This document shows positions 29,060 through 38,857 of a DNA stretch of 64,000 bases, piece after piece. Origin of the DNA: a virus. The stretch covers positions 1-64,000 of IMG/VR virus record IMGVR_UViG_3300048839_000196. The stretch is one strand, 5' to 3'. Each line of letters opens with the position of its first letter. The first letter of the stretch is position 1. The notes beneath the pieces are model-generated. The model did not search any database and had not been told where the DNA came from. It saw only the letters and a program-made list of their open reading frames with translations. Made by a program: the position numbers and the translations under genes.

Positions 29060-29751
29060 TGGTTCGCTTTTTGGTAATTAGAGATCGCCAAGTCTTCTCG
29101 CATAGTCTCGCCGAGTAAAGCAATGGCTCTTTGAATAACGCGCACCATGGCCGAATCATTCCAAGGCATCTGTGTGGAGTTTGTTGCGTTGTATGTCACC
29201 GTGCGGCCATTGATTGTGCCCTGCCAATACGGTACAGGCGGGCGCTTTAGATAGTACACCTCACCCTCAAATGGCCGTTCTGGAAATATCTGTATGCGCC
29301 GGTGGCCAGAAGTGGATGACTCAGACAGGATGGCGATTGGCCGGGTTGCTGTCGGCATGCGTAGTACAGAGGTAAGTCGATGCGGAAGTTCGTCCTCGGA
29401 TATAAACTTCACCGGTCTGAGGTCGCAATTCATGCCGGTGAGATACATGAAATCACTTGGGAGTGTAACAATGCCTGCTGGCCCTGATCCCATAGGTGAT
29501 AGGGACTCATTGTAATTGTCGGCTGTGAATGCTAGTTTAGCTTTAAACGGTTGTAGGTCTATGTGTATTTTATAGGTAGCTCCGAAACTAACCAGCGGCA
29601 TAGGCATCTTCCTATCGTCGCCATATAGGTGTGTGAACTCCTGCATCTGCGCTAAGTCAAGAGCCAAGTCTATCTGCCCGGGAGTCAGGTACCCTCCCTG
29701 ATCCTTATTGAAGGCTTGTCGTACCTGTTTGTGGATGATGTCGAGATCCAT
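29056..29751 (-). CDS. Tail ring/neck protein (crAss gene 74-like)
   Basis: Motifs NKDQGGYLTP.QI..AL..AQ, LPSDFMY and YLKRP..P.W. Confidence 0.75.
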   Translation of the reverse strand: MDLDIIHKQVRQAFNKDQGGYLTPGQIDLALDLAQMQEFTHLYGDDRKMPMPLVSFGATYKIHIDLQPFKAKLAFTADNYNESLSPMGSGPAGIVTLPSDFMYLTGMNCDLRPVKFISEDELPHRLTSVLRMPTATRPIAILSESSTSGHRRIQIFPERPFEGEVYYLKRPPVPYWQGTINGRTVTYNATNSTQMPWNDSAMVRVIQRAIALLGETMREDLAISNYQKANQ

Positions 29752-29779
29752 TGTGCTTTATTATACCGCTAATGTAAAA

Positions 29780-29817
29780 CAAAAAGCCGCCAACCGAGAA
29801 ACGGCTGACGGCTTTTG
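29780..29817 (-). terminator. Intrinsic terminator after the lysis genes
   Basis: AAAAGCCG-CAACCG...CGGCTG-CGGCTTTT hairpin with a T-run on the - strand. Confidence 0.7.
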
Positions 29818-29836
29818 TCTGCGGGGTAGCTAAAAT

Positions 29837-30310
29837 TTAATCGTATTTGCGTAGCCCCTCCCGGTTAATGACGTTCATAACTTTGTCTCTATACCGCTTC
29901 TTGGCTTCGGCACTTGCGTACACGCCAACGTACGATTCGGATATACAGTCAACCCACTCTTCTGAAGTGGTGCAACTTTTGCACCTGTTGTAGTATGGCT
30001 TGGTTGTAATGTGAATTCCAAAGTCGTTAAAGGATTCCCAAGCATTCGGATAGGCCCGGGTTTCGCCATCTTGACTGATCCAATAGGAGCTATTGTACCG
30101 GCCCGAGATACCGAAGTAGGCGTTGTGCTTGCGTGCGCCCTCACTCGTGCCCCATCCGGACTCTACTGCGGAGATGCCGAGTTGTACACTAGCGGGGATT
30201 CCATAGCGCTCGCTCATGGATTGGGCCAGTGGAGCGAAGCGCTCCTGAAAAGAGGTCACATGCGCCGGTGTGGCAAAGAATAAGGTAATGATAAATAAAA
30301 TCAGATTCAT
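29837..30310 (-). CDS. Glucosaminidase (GH73) cell-wall hydrolase with signal peptide
   Basis: YGIPASV...SAVESGWG...HNAYFGI and Y..KV..VI motifs; hydrophobic N-terminus. Confidence 0.8.
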   Translation of the reverse strand: MNLILFIITLFFATPAHVTSFQERFAPLAQSMSERYGIPASVQLGISAVESGWGTSEGARKHNAYFGISGRYNSSYWISQDGETRAYPNAWESFNDFGIHITTKPYYNRCKSCTTSEEWVDCISESYVGVYASAEAKKRYRDKVMNVINREGLRKYD

Positions 30311-30328
30311 AGTTGTTCTGTTTTTGAG

Positions 30329-31309
30329 TTAAAAAACAATGTCAATAAATTCATTCCGTCTAATTACCAGCTTCGCCCGGTCAAACTTCCCACGAGAGTA
30401 AAATATAACTAGCTGCGTGAGAAATTTCTGTGGATCTTTTCGCGTATCGAAGTCTAGTTTTTCGGTCAGCGATATCTGTCTGACGTGCGTGGCGACCGAA
30501 TCCTTGACGACCTTATACACACTGGTCTTGCCATGCGCAGATAGGATCAAGAAGCCTTCTCTCATTTCAAGATAGCCGCCATCCATGGAGGATGATCGCT
30601 TACCTTTCTTTGAGAGCTGCGTGTACAGAATATCCGTTCGCTCTATATTCTCATAGCTGTAATCTTCGTGCGGATCTACCGTCAAGTATCTGGGCACTTG
30701 AGCTTCAGTTAAGCTACAAACAAACAACAGTGTGAACACAGCAAACAATCGGAGCGCTAAGCCCTTAACATACTCGTACACCTGCTGTGTGCGACGCAGC
30801 CAGCCGGTCAGAAACACACGGAGTGATGGGCGCCGGGTGACAAGGTTGCGATAAAATGCTTCGCGGACTGCGCGGTACTCAGAGTTTACCTCATCGCAGC
30901 CTTTGGCCCTGCAAAGATTGTTGATCGCCTGTATAGTTACCGGGCCGATCTTCCCATCCTTCGTCACACCCGTCATGCTCTGGATAGCCCGGATGGCCGT
31001 GGCGCCTGCGTTTACATGCCAGTCAAACACCTGTATTGCGAGTCCTTCGCATTCGATTTGATCTGCACGAATAGGTAGCCAGTACAGGGCGTGGTAGATA
31101 TCCTTGGCGGTTTCGAGCGACATCTCACGCATGTCTTGCTCTGTTGGCGGGCGCTTCAGATATCGCTCATAAGTCGGCGCAGCAATACCGTGGTTAGTGC
31201 CGACCAATTCTTTACGGGAGTTGTAGTTCCCGCTATCGTTCTTGTGCTTCTGATACCCGCCTTCTTTTTTAAGGACGAGCGCCACGGCTCTATCGAATCT
31301 TGTTTCCAT
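30329..31309 (-). CDS. GH108-family lysozyme/endolysin with a C-terminal TM/signal-like extension
   Basis: EGGY..H..DSG...TNHGI, VFDWHVNAG, DGKIGP.T and FLTGWLRR motifs, then LRLFAVFTLLFVCSLTEAQ and about 120 further aa. Confidence 0.85.
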   Translation of the reverse strand: METRFDRAVALVLKKEGGYQKHKNDSGNYNSRKELVGTNHGIAAPTYERYLKRPPTEQDMREMSLETAKDIYHALYWLPIRADQIECEGLAIQVFDWHVNAGATAIRAIQSMTGVTKDGKIGPVTIQAINNLCRAKGCDEVNSEYRAVREAFYRNLVTRRPSLRVFLTGWLRRTQQVYEYVKGLALRLFAVFTLLFVCSLTEAQVPRYLTVDPHEDYSYENIERTDILYTQLSKKGKRSSSMDGGYLEMREGFLILSAHGKTSVYKVVKDSVATHVRQISLTEKLDFDTRKDPQKFLTQLVIFYSRGKFDRAKLVIRRNEFIDIVF

Positions 31310-31804
31310 CTAGCGTTCTTTTACATCGAACTCACCAGCGCCGCCCATTAGGGCTAGGCACATGATTTCGCCGATGTTGTTAAAGAAATCTTCGCAAGAC
31401 TGCGAAGTAATAAGGTCTTCCATGTCTGCTATCGCCCCTGCATCGAACCCAATATCAACCAGTAAGATCCCGTCGTTCCAGACAAAGAACACATCCTTGT
31501 CGTTAACCCCTGTCAGGATCATAAGCTGAGCGGGTATGCCGTTTACTTCGATGTCGGTCATGCTCCTCTCCCTTGTCGGTAAGACACTGATACAGCGCCA
31601 CACCTTTTCGGGCAAGTCCTTGCTGTCGATATACTTTACGATGATCTGATGGGGAACTTCGCAAGAGGCGATCTCGAAGCTGAATCCATCCTCGGATTTC
31701 AGCGTGCTGATGACCTCCTTTTCCATGAGGAGCGCTTCGTCCTCGCCTATAAATTCAAAGCTGTAATTCATGGCTGTGTGGTTAGGGCGCATGACTACTG
31801 CCAT
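31310..31804 (-). CDS. Hypothetical acidic protein
   Basis: 164-aa ORF in the operon. Confidence 0.6.
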   Translation of the reverse strand: MAVVMRPNHTAMNYSFEFIGEDEALLMEKEVISTLKSEDGFSFEIASCEVPHQIIVKYIDSKDLPEKVWRCISVLPTRERSMTDIEVNGIPAQLMILTGVNDKDVFFVWNDGILLVDIGFDAGAIADMEDLITSQSCEDFFNNIGEIMCLALMGGAGEFDVKER

Positions 31805-31816
31805 GCGCCCTGAGTT

Positions 31817-32737
31817 TTAGAATGGGAGATCGTCGTCGCCTACTGGCTCTGGATCAGGCTCGAAGCCGATCTTGCTGAGTTCCGCAGCAGCGGCCTTAAG
31901 CAGGTCTGCCTTGTCTTCAGCGGCAGGAGCAGCAGATTCTTTGGTGGCAGTAGCGGGTACGTCTCCGCGCTTACCAGCAAGGCGCTCATGGAGTACGCCA
32001 AGATAAGAGGCTTTAGCCTCGACGGCTTCGGTGAAGACATCAGCGGATTCTGGCGTGACCTTGGCAATCTGGAAGACAGGCGCAATGTAGCCCTCGCCTT
32101 TACCAGCATGGTCCTTGCCATCAGCATCAAGCATCACAAGATCTCCTTTGTACACGACAACATAAAAGCGGCGGTCATTCCCGTCGATCGCCCAGAGATT
32201 CGCGTTGGGCTGAACAGGTTTGCCCGGGTTTTCAAGCACAAAGAAAGCCCGGCGCACTGCGTTGTCCACCGTGTTGTTCATTTGTACGGTGACCAATTTC
32301 TTTGTGACTGGAGAGAAGAGCAGTAAGTAGCGGTAAGCACGGGTTTCCTTGGATGGAAACTCTTCTTTCAGATCGCTATACAACCCGGACTTCCATTTCT
32401 CTCCGGCTCGATATAGCGTCATGACATCGCGCTTGATGTCAAGCACAGGAGAAGAAGTAATTTTGATGGCGCCTTGCCCGGTGAAGGTGTCAACTCTCCA
32501 GAATGTGCCGAGCAGGATCATCTCAAACTTGCTAACAGGAATGGATCTGGAATCCTCGGAGTTCCAATACGAGAATCCAGCATCTCCAGCGGTTGACATG
32601 GATGCAAGGTCTTTTGCGACACGCTGCACCATGTTGGCTTGGATTTTCCCGCCTTTAAAACTGACCTGCATAGTTGCCGGAAGGCTAGCTCCAGACTTGG
32701 GTGCATCCTCTGCGGATGCTTCTTGATACCAACTCAT
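31817..32737 (-). CDS. Single-stranded DNA-binding protein (putative)
   Basis: Acidic C-terminal tip GDDDLPF; adjacent to the primase-helicase. Confidence 0.65.
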   Translation of the reverse strand: MSWYQEASAEDAPKSGASLPATMQVSFKGGKIQANMVQRVAKDLASMSTAGDAGFSYWNSEDSRSIPVSKFEMILLGTFWRVDTFTGQGAIKITSSPVLDIKRDVMTLYRAGEKWKSGLYSDLKEEFPSKETRAYRYLLLFSPVTKKLVTVQMNNTVDNAVRRAFFVLENPGKPVQPNANLWAIDGNDRRFYVVVYKGDLVMLDADGKDHAGKGEGYIAPVFQIAKVTPESADVFTEAVEAKASYLGVLHERLAGKRGDVPATATKESAAPAAEDKADLLKAAAAELSKIGFEPDPEPVGDDDLPF

Positions 32738-32775
32738 ACAATATGGTTTTGTGCAATGAAAAAATACTTACAACT

Positions 32776-32806
32776 CAAAGGTAAGAAAAAATACAATCCC
32801 GCGCAA
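32776..32806 (-). promoter_or_regulatory. Bacteroidota sigma-A-type promoter
   Basis: TTG-N20-TACCTTTG upstream of the SSB gene. Confidence 0.75.
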
Positions 32807-32813
32807 GTTTTTA

Positions 32814-34601
32814 TCAGTCAAAATTTAAAACTTCTTGTCGGTTTGGCTCAATCTTCATATCCTTTACAAGCTGAGCCACTTCCCTAAAGGAATCGAATTG
32901 AAATTCCTCCAGCTCCTTTGTGTTCTTCATCCTAGCAAGCTCAGCCTTTGATACCTCGGTATAGTTCCCACCAGACTTCCAGTCAAACTGGATAGTGCGA
33001 GCACCCAGATCATGGATCGGGGCAACGAACTCCATGTTCTTTATTTTGCGGGTGACGACTTCCACTGCCGTGCTATCACGCCTAGCCATGGCGATGATGT
33101 TGTCGGTCAGGTTGTAGTAGTGACCTGATCCAAGGATGTCATACCCACTTGGAACCGGGAACTGACCAGACATATCGGCCTCTAGCTTTCTTGGATGCGC
33201 CACTAGGAATGTAGCAAGCCGGTACTTCTTTGTAAACGCTTTCACCTTTGCCATTAGCGCAGCAGCAGCATCGGATATGTTGTTCGCATTCGGCTGCTTA
33301 ACATACGATAGGTTGTCAATCACAAGGATCTTTATCCCTCTTGACTTAACAAGCTGTTCGGCTCTATGCAGGATGTCTTCAATAGTCAACAGCCCATCGC
33401 TGGATATGTAGAAGAAGTGGTCATTTAAGTGCGCTAATGCTGGCATAACCTCTTCTGTTGACACCTCTGCCTTGTTTAGATACTTGCGCACAAGGCCGGT
33501 AATGTGCAAGGCTGATGACTTCTCGGCGCTCAGAACTCCAGAGCGCATGCCGGTTCTCGACATATTAACCGTAATGGCGTCAACCAAATTTGATTTACCT
33601 GCGCCCGGAGGAGCCACGACAATTGTCACTTCTGACGGGTAGATTGTGAAAAGGTCATCAAGCCCCGGCACGCCTGTGTACAGTGTCTCTGGATAGCCAT
33701 GAATAAGGTAGCGATACGCCTCATCCATGTTGTCCTGTACAGTTTCGATCCCGTCGATAGGAAACGGTACCGCTGACGCGAAGCAGTCTTTAAGTACAGG
33801 TACGCCATACTCAAGGCCAAATCGCTGGAGGACTTCGTTGCTGTCCTTTATGCCATCGGGGAATTTAATCAGCTTGCATTTCTCCCTGCCGATCCTATCG
33901 GCTAGTGTCAACGCAAGCTCAGTCCCTTTATTATCTGAGTCGGCTGCGATATAGACCGACTCGATCCTGTTGAAGATGTCCATGCTATCATCCAAGTACG
34001 ATGTATTGGATGATGCACCATTCGGAACTGACACCACGAGCTGATAGCCAGCAGCCCGCCAAGACAAAGCATCGAGTTCACCTTCGGTGATGATGGCGTA
34101 CTTGTCGGCCAGCTTCAAATGGTCGATCAAATAGAGTGACAGCTTCGCGCCTCGCTCTAGTTGAAACGCCTTTTGCTTGAGGCTGCGGTACTTTGTATTG
34201 ATGTGAACGCCGTTTTCATGGTAGTTAAAGGCGATGTACCCTTCTTTTGAAGTGGGGTGCAAATAGTACCCCACTTCACGCATCTCAGCGATATCCTCTG
34301 GAAGGTTCCTGCTTTTCAGGAAAGCAATCAGATCTGGGTGTACCTCTGTGTACTCATGCTTCGGGCGCTGGTACAACTTCTCAGACTTACTTTTAAGTAG
34401 GGCGCCTTTACGGTCGCAGTGATGGCAGTGGTACAAACCATTACCCACATTGATAGACAGGCTCCTGTCTTTTGGGTTAGATCGCGTGTCAATACAGAAT
34501 GGGCAGACGACCTTTACGTTCTGACTCGGGCCCGGATTAGGGATGGGAATCCACTTCCCCGACTCCTGTTGGAGTAACATGGACAACTCCTGTGTATTCA
34601 T
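32814..34601 (-). CDS. DNA primase-helicase (T7 gp4/Twinkle-like)
   Basis: Zn finger CPFC...CHHC, TOPRIM IITEGELDALS/AADSD, Walker A APPGAGKS, DnaB motifs LVIDNL and LVAHPRK. ATG 34601 preferred over TTG 34649. Confidence 0.92.
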   Translation of the reverse strand: MNTQELSMLLQQESGKWIPIPNPGPSQNVKVVCPFCIDTRSNPKDRSLSINVGNGLYHCHHCDRKGALLKSKSEKLYQRPKHEYTEVHPDLIAFLKSRNLPEDIAEMREVGYYLHPTSKEGYIAFNYHENGVHINTKYRSLKQKAFQLERGAKLSLYLIDHLKLADKYAIITEGELDALSWRAAGYQLVVSVPNGASSNTSYLDDSMDIFNRIESVYIAADSDNKGTELALTLADRIGREKCKLIKFPDGIKDSNEVLQRFGLEYGVPVLKDCFASAVPFPIDGIETVQDNMDEAYRYLIHGYPETLYTGVPGLDDLFTIYPSEVTIVVAPPGAGKSNLVDAITVNMSRTGMRSGVLSAEKSSALHITGLVRKYLNKAEVSTEEVMPALAHLNDHFFYISSDGLLTIEDILHRAEQLVKSRGIKILVIDNLSYVKQPNANNISDAAAALMAKVKAFTKKYRLATFLVAHPRKLEADMSGQFPVPSGYDILGSGHYYNLTDNIIAMARRDSTAVEVVTRKIKNMEFVAPIHDLGARTIQFDWKSGGNYTEVSKAELARMKNTKELEEFQFDSFREVAQLVKDMKIEPNRQEVLNFD

Positions 34602-34785
34602 GATGGCTGGATTTTTAAAAAGAAGTGGGTCCCAATTTAACTCGTCCAAGATTTCGCCCGGTCTTAAGCTGCCGTCGCAGCTTAAGCACAGCTAATGCCC
34701 GGGGTACTCTCCCTCAAATTGTGTCCTGTCTGGCTAAGGGACCAGAAGCCGCTCTACTTTTCTGCGCCGAAGCGGGCGCCTCTAT

Positions 34786-35652
34786 CTAATCCTCTTCAGT
34801 GTCCTGCGCCTTCGCCTCTGCGGCGAGTCTCTGATAGACCCGCTGCTCTACGTTTTCTGGATCGTATGCAAATAGCTGGTCGGACTTCGTTTGCATCGCT
34901 TTTTCAACGATGTTGATGTGCTTTTGGGCGGCAATCAATCGCTCTGGGAATTTTGCTGGATCGCAGGCGCGCACGATATTGATAAGGTGCTTGTACTTGT
35001 TGTCCCAATCGTACCGCATCCAGCGGAGAACGCCCATGACCTGAGTGATGCGAACCTCTGTGTGTCTATACATGAGCGCTTCAAGCGCAGCGTCTATGCT
35101 ATCATCGGATGATAAGTACTGAGGGTTGCGACTTTTGATGTCAATCTTTTCCGCATACGTCTTCAGAACTTCCCTCCACTTGGTCCACTTCTCCGGGGTC
35201 GGAAGCTCCATGAGGTATGACCTGCCATTGAGGTATGTCGAGAAGTGCATTTTAAACACTCCTGTTACTTGGCAGTATCGGTTGTATCGAACTATCGCCT
35301 TGAGAACTTTCTCTTGCGTCTTCACGGACAGTCGGCGCCATGCTTTCTCGGCCCGCTGTTTTGACCCCATACTATACCCGTATAGCTCCCATGCTGTCTC
35401 AAACGGGATGTTGTCTTTCTTTTTTTCGTACTCTGCGAGCGCTTCAAGCGCCATGCCTGACTGAATGAATGCCTCTAGCATGGCCACCTCATCAAGGCCA
35501 AAGCCCATGGCGCCTAGCTTTCTCACCCAGCCGTCCACGGTCTGCGGCCACTTAGAGAAATTCTGTGCCTTGATAGCAGCGCTGTCGCTAACTATCTCAG
35601 CTTCTTCTAGCGCCAGCGTTACTTGGTCGGTGTATTTTCTTTTAGCGGGCAT
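34786..35652 (-). CDS. Replication initiator/replisome organiser-like protein
   Basis: Motif FE.AW.LY...K..A.KAW.RL...H.STYLN; upstream of the helicase. Confidence 0.6.
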   Translation of the reverse strand: MPAKRKYTDQVTLALEEAEIVSDSAAIKAQNFSKWPQTVDGWVRKLGAMGFGLDEVAMLEAFIQSGMALEALAEYEKKKDNIPFETAWELYGYSMGSKQRAEKAWRRLSVKTQEKVLKAIVRYNRYCQVTGVFKMHFSTYLNGRSYLMELPTPEKWTKWREVLKTYAEKIDIKSRNPQYLSSDDSIDAALEALMYRHTEVRITQVMGVLRWMRYDWDNKYKHLINIVRACDPAKFPERLIAAQKHINIVEKAMQTKSDQLFAYDPENVEQRVYQRLAAEAKAQDTEED

Positions 35653-36043
35653 GGCTTTTTATTTTGATCTTCACGCTGTGTGAAGACATGTTTCCAATAA
35701 AGACATTCAAATGTTCACGGCATTCCTCACAGCAGGAATGCTGCGTCTTGTCGCGTACATTTATATACGAGCTCGACGATATGTACCAAACTGAGAAGTG
35801 CCTGCCTCCACAGGTACCACAGATAAAGTGCGGCTTCTGTGCCCGGCGAAGGAAGATGTGACAGTACTTTGATAGGTAGCACTGCCGAGCAACTGGCAGT
35901 AGCGCCGGGTGTATGTTTGCAAACAGCCTTTCCTCTTCTTCTGCAAAGAACTTCTGCAAGTCCTCTGCATACCGGTCTGGCATGTACGAAGCCATGGATC
36001 TGGCTTCCGGGTAGTCAAGTTCTATCTTCAGTTTGTTGCTCAT
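35642..36043 (-). CDS. Small Zn-finger protein
   Basis: CGTC...CEEC cysteine pairs. Confidence 0.5.
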   Translation of the reverse strand: MSNKLKIELDYPEARSMASYMPDRYAEDLQKFFAEEEERLFANIHPALLPVARQCYLSKYCHIFLRRAQKPHFICGTCGGRHFSVWYISSSSYINVRDKTQHSCCEECREHLNVFIGNMSSHSVKIKIKSHAR

Positions 36044-36230
36044 TGATCTTGTTTCTTTCATTCTCAAGATGTGATATCTTCTCCTGCCAGCGAGCGATCT
36101 CCAATTCGGATCGCTCTTTGTCCCCGGTGCCTTCAGCTATGGATAGTCTTGCCATAGCTATGGCGAATTTACATCGGAAGATCTCTCTGTTTATCCGGTT
36201 TGTTTCGATCCACTTGAATAGGTCATTCAT
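36015..36230 (-). CDS. Hypothetical coiled-coil protein
   Basis: Overlapping start/stop coupling. Confidence 0.55.
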   Translation of the reverse strand: MNDLFKWIETNRINREIFRCKFAIAMARLSIAEGTGDKERSELEIARWQEKISHLENERNKINEQQTEDRT

Positions 36231-36627
36231 TGTATTTTATTTTCAAAATGGTACTACTTTCACTCATGTTTCTGAGCGTGAGCGACACCGCGATCATTGC
36301 CCGTCTGACACCGGGCAAGTCTTCGCTAGAATGCTCGATTAGCTTATGCCACTTTCGGCGAAGCTGATCAAGGCGAAAGGTATTCTGCTGCCGAGTATCG
36401 CCAATAAGGAGAGGTGAGCACTGCTCCATAGCTGAGCGGTCAATGCGGTACATCTCGGCGATGCCGAAGACAACGACCTTTGGAAGCTCGTCCGTCCTGA
36501 TTTTTAATTCAGGCAGTTGTACTACATCCGAAATGTCAGGTCTTCCCTTTAATTCACCCTCCCGAATTGCAAATGTTTTCCGGGTTGCTTTTACAATGGC
36601 GTCGAGTACTTGCGCTTGGTCTTTCAT
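36223..36627 (-). CDS. Hypothetical protein
   Basis: Coupled ORF in the replication operon. Confidence 0.6.
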   Translation of the reverse strand: MKDQAQVLDAIVKATRKTFAIREGELKGRPDISDVVQLPELKIRTDELPKVVVFGIAEMYRIDRSAMEQCSPLLIGDTRQQNTFRLDQLRRKWHKLIEHSSEDLPGVRRAMIAVSLTLRNMSESSTILKIKYNE

Positions 36628-37643
36628 CTTTGCTCTGTTATTGTCAAATACTTTTTGTTCATTATTCTGTATCGGTCACTGATGACTAAGTCGGCTCCGA
36701 CCTTCTCCATGGCTAGGCGGATATGGTTCTTAGCTGCTTCAAGTTCTTTCTCTACGGCCTTCTTATCGGCATCGAGTTTCTTGATGCGCTCGGCCAGTGC
36801 GTCAAGGGCATCAGATTTGATCGTACTGTAAGGGTTGTCCGTCCGTAGCCCGGATAACATATCCTTGCTTCGGTCGGTGACGTAAAGCACATCGCTGTAC
36901 CTGAGCATCAGCTCAAGTACTTCCGTTCGCTTTTCGTCTGAACTCAGGGTTGACGCCATAACATCGCGCCCTTCTTGTATGGCGTCAAAGAACTTAGGAA
37001 GGCGCCAGAAATGGCCAATGAAAGCCTTGTACTCAGGCATGCCTTTGTCAATCGTTCTGACATTCAGCTTCACCCCATCTTCGAGCAGGGCTATGCGCCC
37101 GAAGTCAAGGCCCAAGAAGTAGATGTAGCTACAAAGCTGGGCCAGATAGTACGTAGGAACTCCGCCGGGGTATTTACCAGCAGACATGCCATTTATCTTC
37201 TTAGCTTCTGCCACGCCCGTCATTCCGGGGTAGTCTTTATCACTCAGTATAATGCCGTCCACATTGAGCGCCATGTATGGAGCGCTTAGCGGTAAGAAAG
37301 TAACCGCTGGCTTATCTACCTTGCGGAACTTAACGCCAGCCTGATGATGGCTAGCCCAGACGTTGCCATCCCAGTGCTCAAGGCGCTCGATGATTCCGCC
37401 TTCGTCTATGTGCCCACCTTGAACGGCCTCCGATGTAATGAAGTTGTCCTCAATGAAGCCAATCTTCTTAGCCCACAATGACAAGGCATCCTGATATGGA
37501 TTTAGATTAAGGATCGCTCCTACCTCTGACCCGCCAATGTGTATCGACGCCTTTCTATACACCTGCCAGTCTTGTTGGCTCATTCCGCTCAGATCAATGG
37601 CGTCAATATATCTATCCCCTAGTTGGTACTTCAATGTCGTCAT
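36624..37643 (-). CDS. YqaJ/lambda-type exonuclease
   Basis: W...R...IGGSEV.AILNLNPY, G...E, ALNVDG, EAK and P.YY.AQ motifs. Confidence 0.9.
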   Translation of the reverse strand: MTTLKYQLGDRYIDAIDLSGMSQQDWQVYRKASIHIGGSEVGAILNLNPYQDALSLWAKKIGFIEDNFITSEAVQGGHIDEGGIIERLEHWDGNVWASHHQAGVKFRKVDKPAVTFLPLSAPYMALNVDGIILSDKDYPGMTGVAEAKKINGMSAGKYPGGVPTYYLAQLCSYIYFLGLDFGRIALLEDGVKLNVRTIDKGMPEYKAFIGHFWRLPKFFDAIQEGRDVMASTLSSDEKRTEVLELMLRYSDVLYVTDRSKDMLSGLRTDNPYSTIKSDALDALAERIKKLDADKKAVEKELEAAKNHIRLAMEKVGADLVISDRYRIMNKKYLTITEQR

Positions 37644-38134
37644 AGCACACTTTCTGAGGCAAAGAAGAGCGCCTGCTTTGATAATAACTTATTTAGGTGG
37701 TCGAGCGCAGTAGGCTTGAGTTCATCGCTCAAACTATCGACGTACCTGCGCGCCTCGATCTCAGAGATGGCGAGCTTGCCGGACACATTTGACAAGACAT
37801 AGATCAAGTGCTGATTCATGTCTTCTTCAGATGCGATTTCTTCCTCTCCCTCCAGTAGGAAGCCCATCGCCCTGCTAACAGCCATTGTTTCTGCGGCTGA
37901 GTAGGCGGAGGTGTCCTTGATGCCTGAAATTTCCTCCTTAAAGTACACCATCTTGTGCCCTGTCGCGGAGAACAAAACTCCATCACCGGGGTCAGTGATT
38001 TTGACCTTGGCTTTGGCTAAGACATAATCACCAATGATCTGGACTTCGGTATCTATGGCGTAGTACGCATTTAGGCTGGCGCACAATTCATGGAATCGCT
38101 TACGGCGATCTGCGAACGTTTCTCTTTTTAACAT
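37640..38134 (-). CDS. Putative single-strand annealing protein (Rad52/Sak-like)
   Basis: ATGH...TSA..AAETMAVSRAMGF motif; coupled to the exonuclease; ATG 38134 preferred. Confidence 0.6.
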   Translation of the reverse strand: MLKRETFADRRKRFHELCASLNAYYAIDTEVQIIGDYVLAKAKVKITDPGDGVLFSATGHKMVYFKEEISGIKDTSAYSAAETMAVSRAMGFLLEGEEEIASEEDMNQHLIYVLSNVSGKLAISEIEARRYVDSLSDELKPTALDHLNKLLSKQALFFASESVL

Positions 38135-38399
38135 GGTATTGTTTTTGCTTTGACATGGCGAGATAAATGATGGACTTCGTAAGGTCATGGAGCAGGCATC
38201 CTTGCCAGTCCACCTGTCTAACCTCCGTGGTTGTTTCACTGGAGAATAAACCTTTTGGTGGGGTCGTTTGAATCCCTGTCTTCACAACAAACGCATCCAG
38301 AATGGATGGGTATGTCGTAATTAGGAGTTTCTTCGCATCCTCAATTGGGATGCGAAGATCTCCAAGTACAATAGTGTTATGCCTGAGCTCAGCCTTCAT
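38100..38399 (-). CDS. Hypothetical protein
   Basis: First ORF after the promoter at 38415-38445. Confidence 0.55.
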   Translation of the reverse strand: MKAELRHNTIVLGDLRIPIEDAKKLLITTYPSILDAFVVKTGIQTTPPKGLFSSETTTEVRQVDWQGCLLHDLTKSIIYLAMSKQKQYHVKKRNVRRSP

Positions 38400-38414
38400 C
38401 TGATTTATTTCTTA

Positions 38415-38445
38415 CAAAGGTAGTGTTTTGTGCCGAGAAAAGCAA
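38415..38445 (-). promoter_or_regulatory. Bacteroidota sigma-A-type promoter
   Basis: TTG-N20-TACCTTTG driving the recombination/replication operon. Confidence 0.75.
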
Positions 38446-38465
38446 GAGGTGCGTGTATTTTTTTA

Positions 38466-38532
38466 CGCATAACTTTAGCTTTGTGTATATGCGCCTATGC
38501 GGCGCACATCGCAAATGCTGGAGTTAGCAGCA
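38466..38532. repeat. attC-like hairpin site (short)
   Basis: CGCATAAC...imperfect inverted repeat with extrahelical bases...GTTAGCAGCA. Confidence 0.65.
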
Positions 38533-38535
38533 ACC

Positions 38536-38847
38536 TTAGCGGACACTGTCTAACCATTCAAAATCTTCTTTTGTACCATATTCCCAATCGTGGGACAAAA
38601 CCTTCGGTTTGTAATTCAAATCAAGCAGACACATCACAAGGTTTAAAACAAAACCTTCTGCGTATTGACCACTTACACCAAATGAGCCACTTACTCTTAT
38701 GTAATGTGGGTTATCAAAATTCACATCACAAACAGGTAATCCAGCTAAACCTTGTTTATTAAACTTTGACAAATTAACCATTGCCGTATCAAAATCATTT
38801 TGACTAATCGGCTTTTCTTTACTTGCTATATAAAAAGAATATCCCAT
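38536..38847 (-). CDS. Cassette-borne hypothetical protein (103 aa)
   Basis: ATG 38847 (MGYSFYIASKEK...) lies close to one core site and the stop lies 3 nt from the other; AT-richer than the flanks. Confidence 0.7.
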   Translation of the reverse strand: MGYSFYIASKEKPISQNDFDTAMVNLSKFNKQGLAGLPVCDVNFDNPHYIRVSGSFGVSGQYAEGFVLNLVMCLLDLNYKPKVLSHDWEYGTKEDFEWLDSVR

Positions 38848-38857
38848 AATAAAAGGC

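Noticed and set aside
12267-31351. Numerous short + strand ORFs in the track
   Set aside because: They are antisense shadows of long - strand genes, with no promoter, coupling or motif support; the same applies to - strand ORFs inside the + strand modules.
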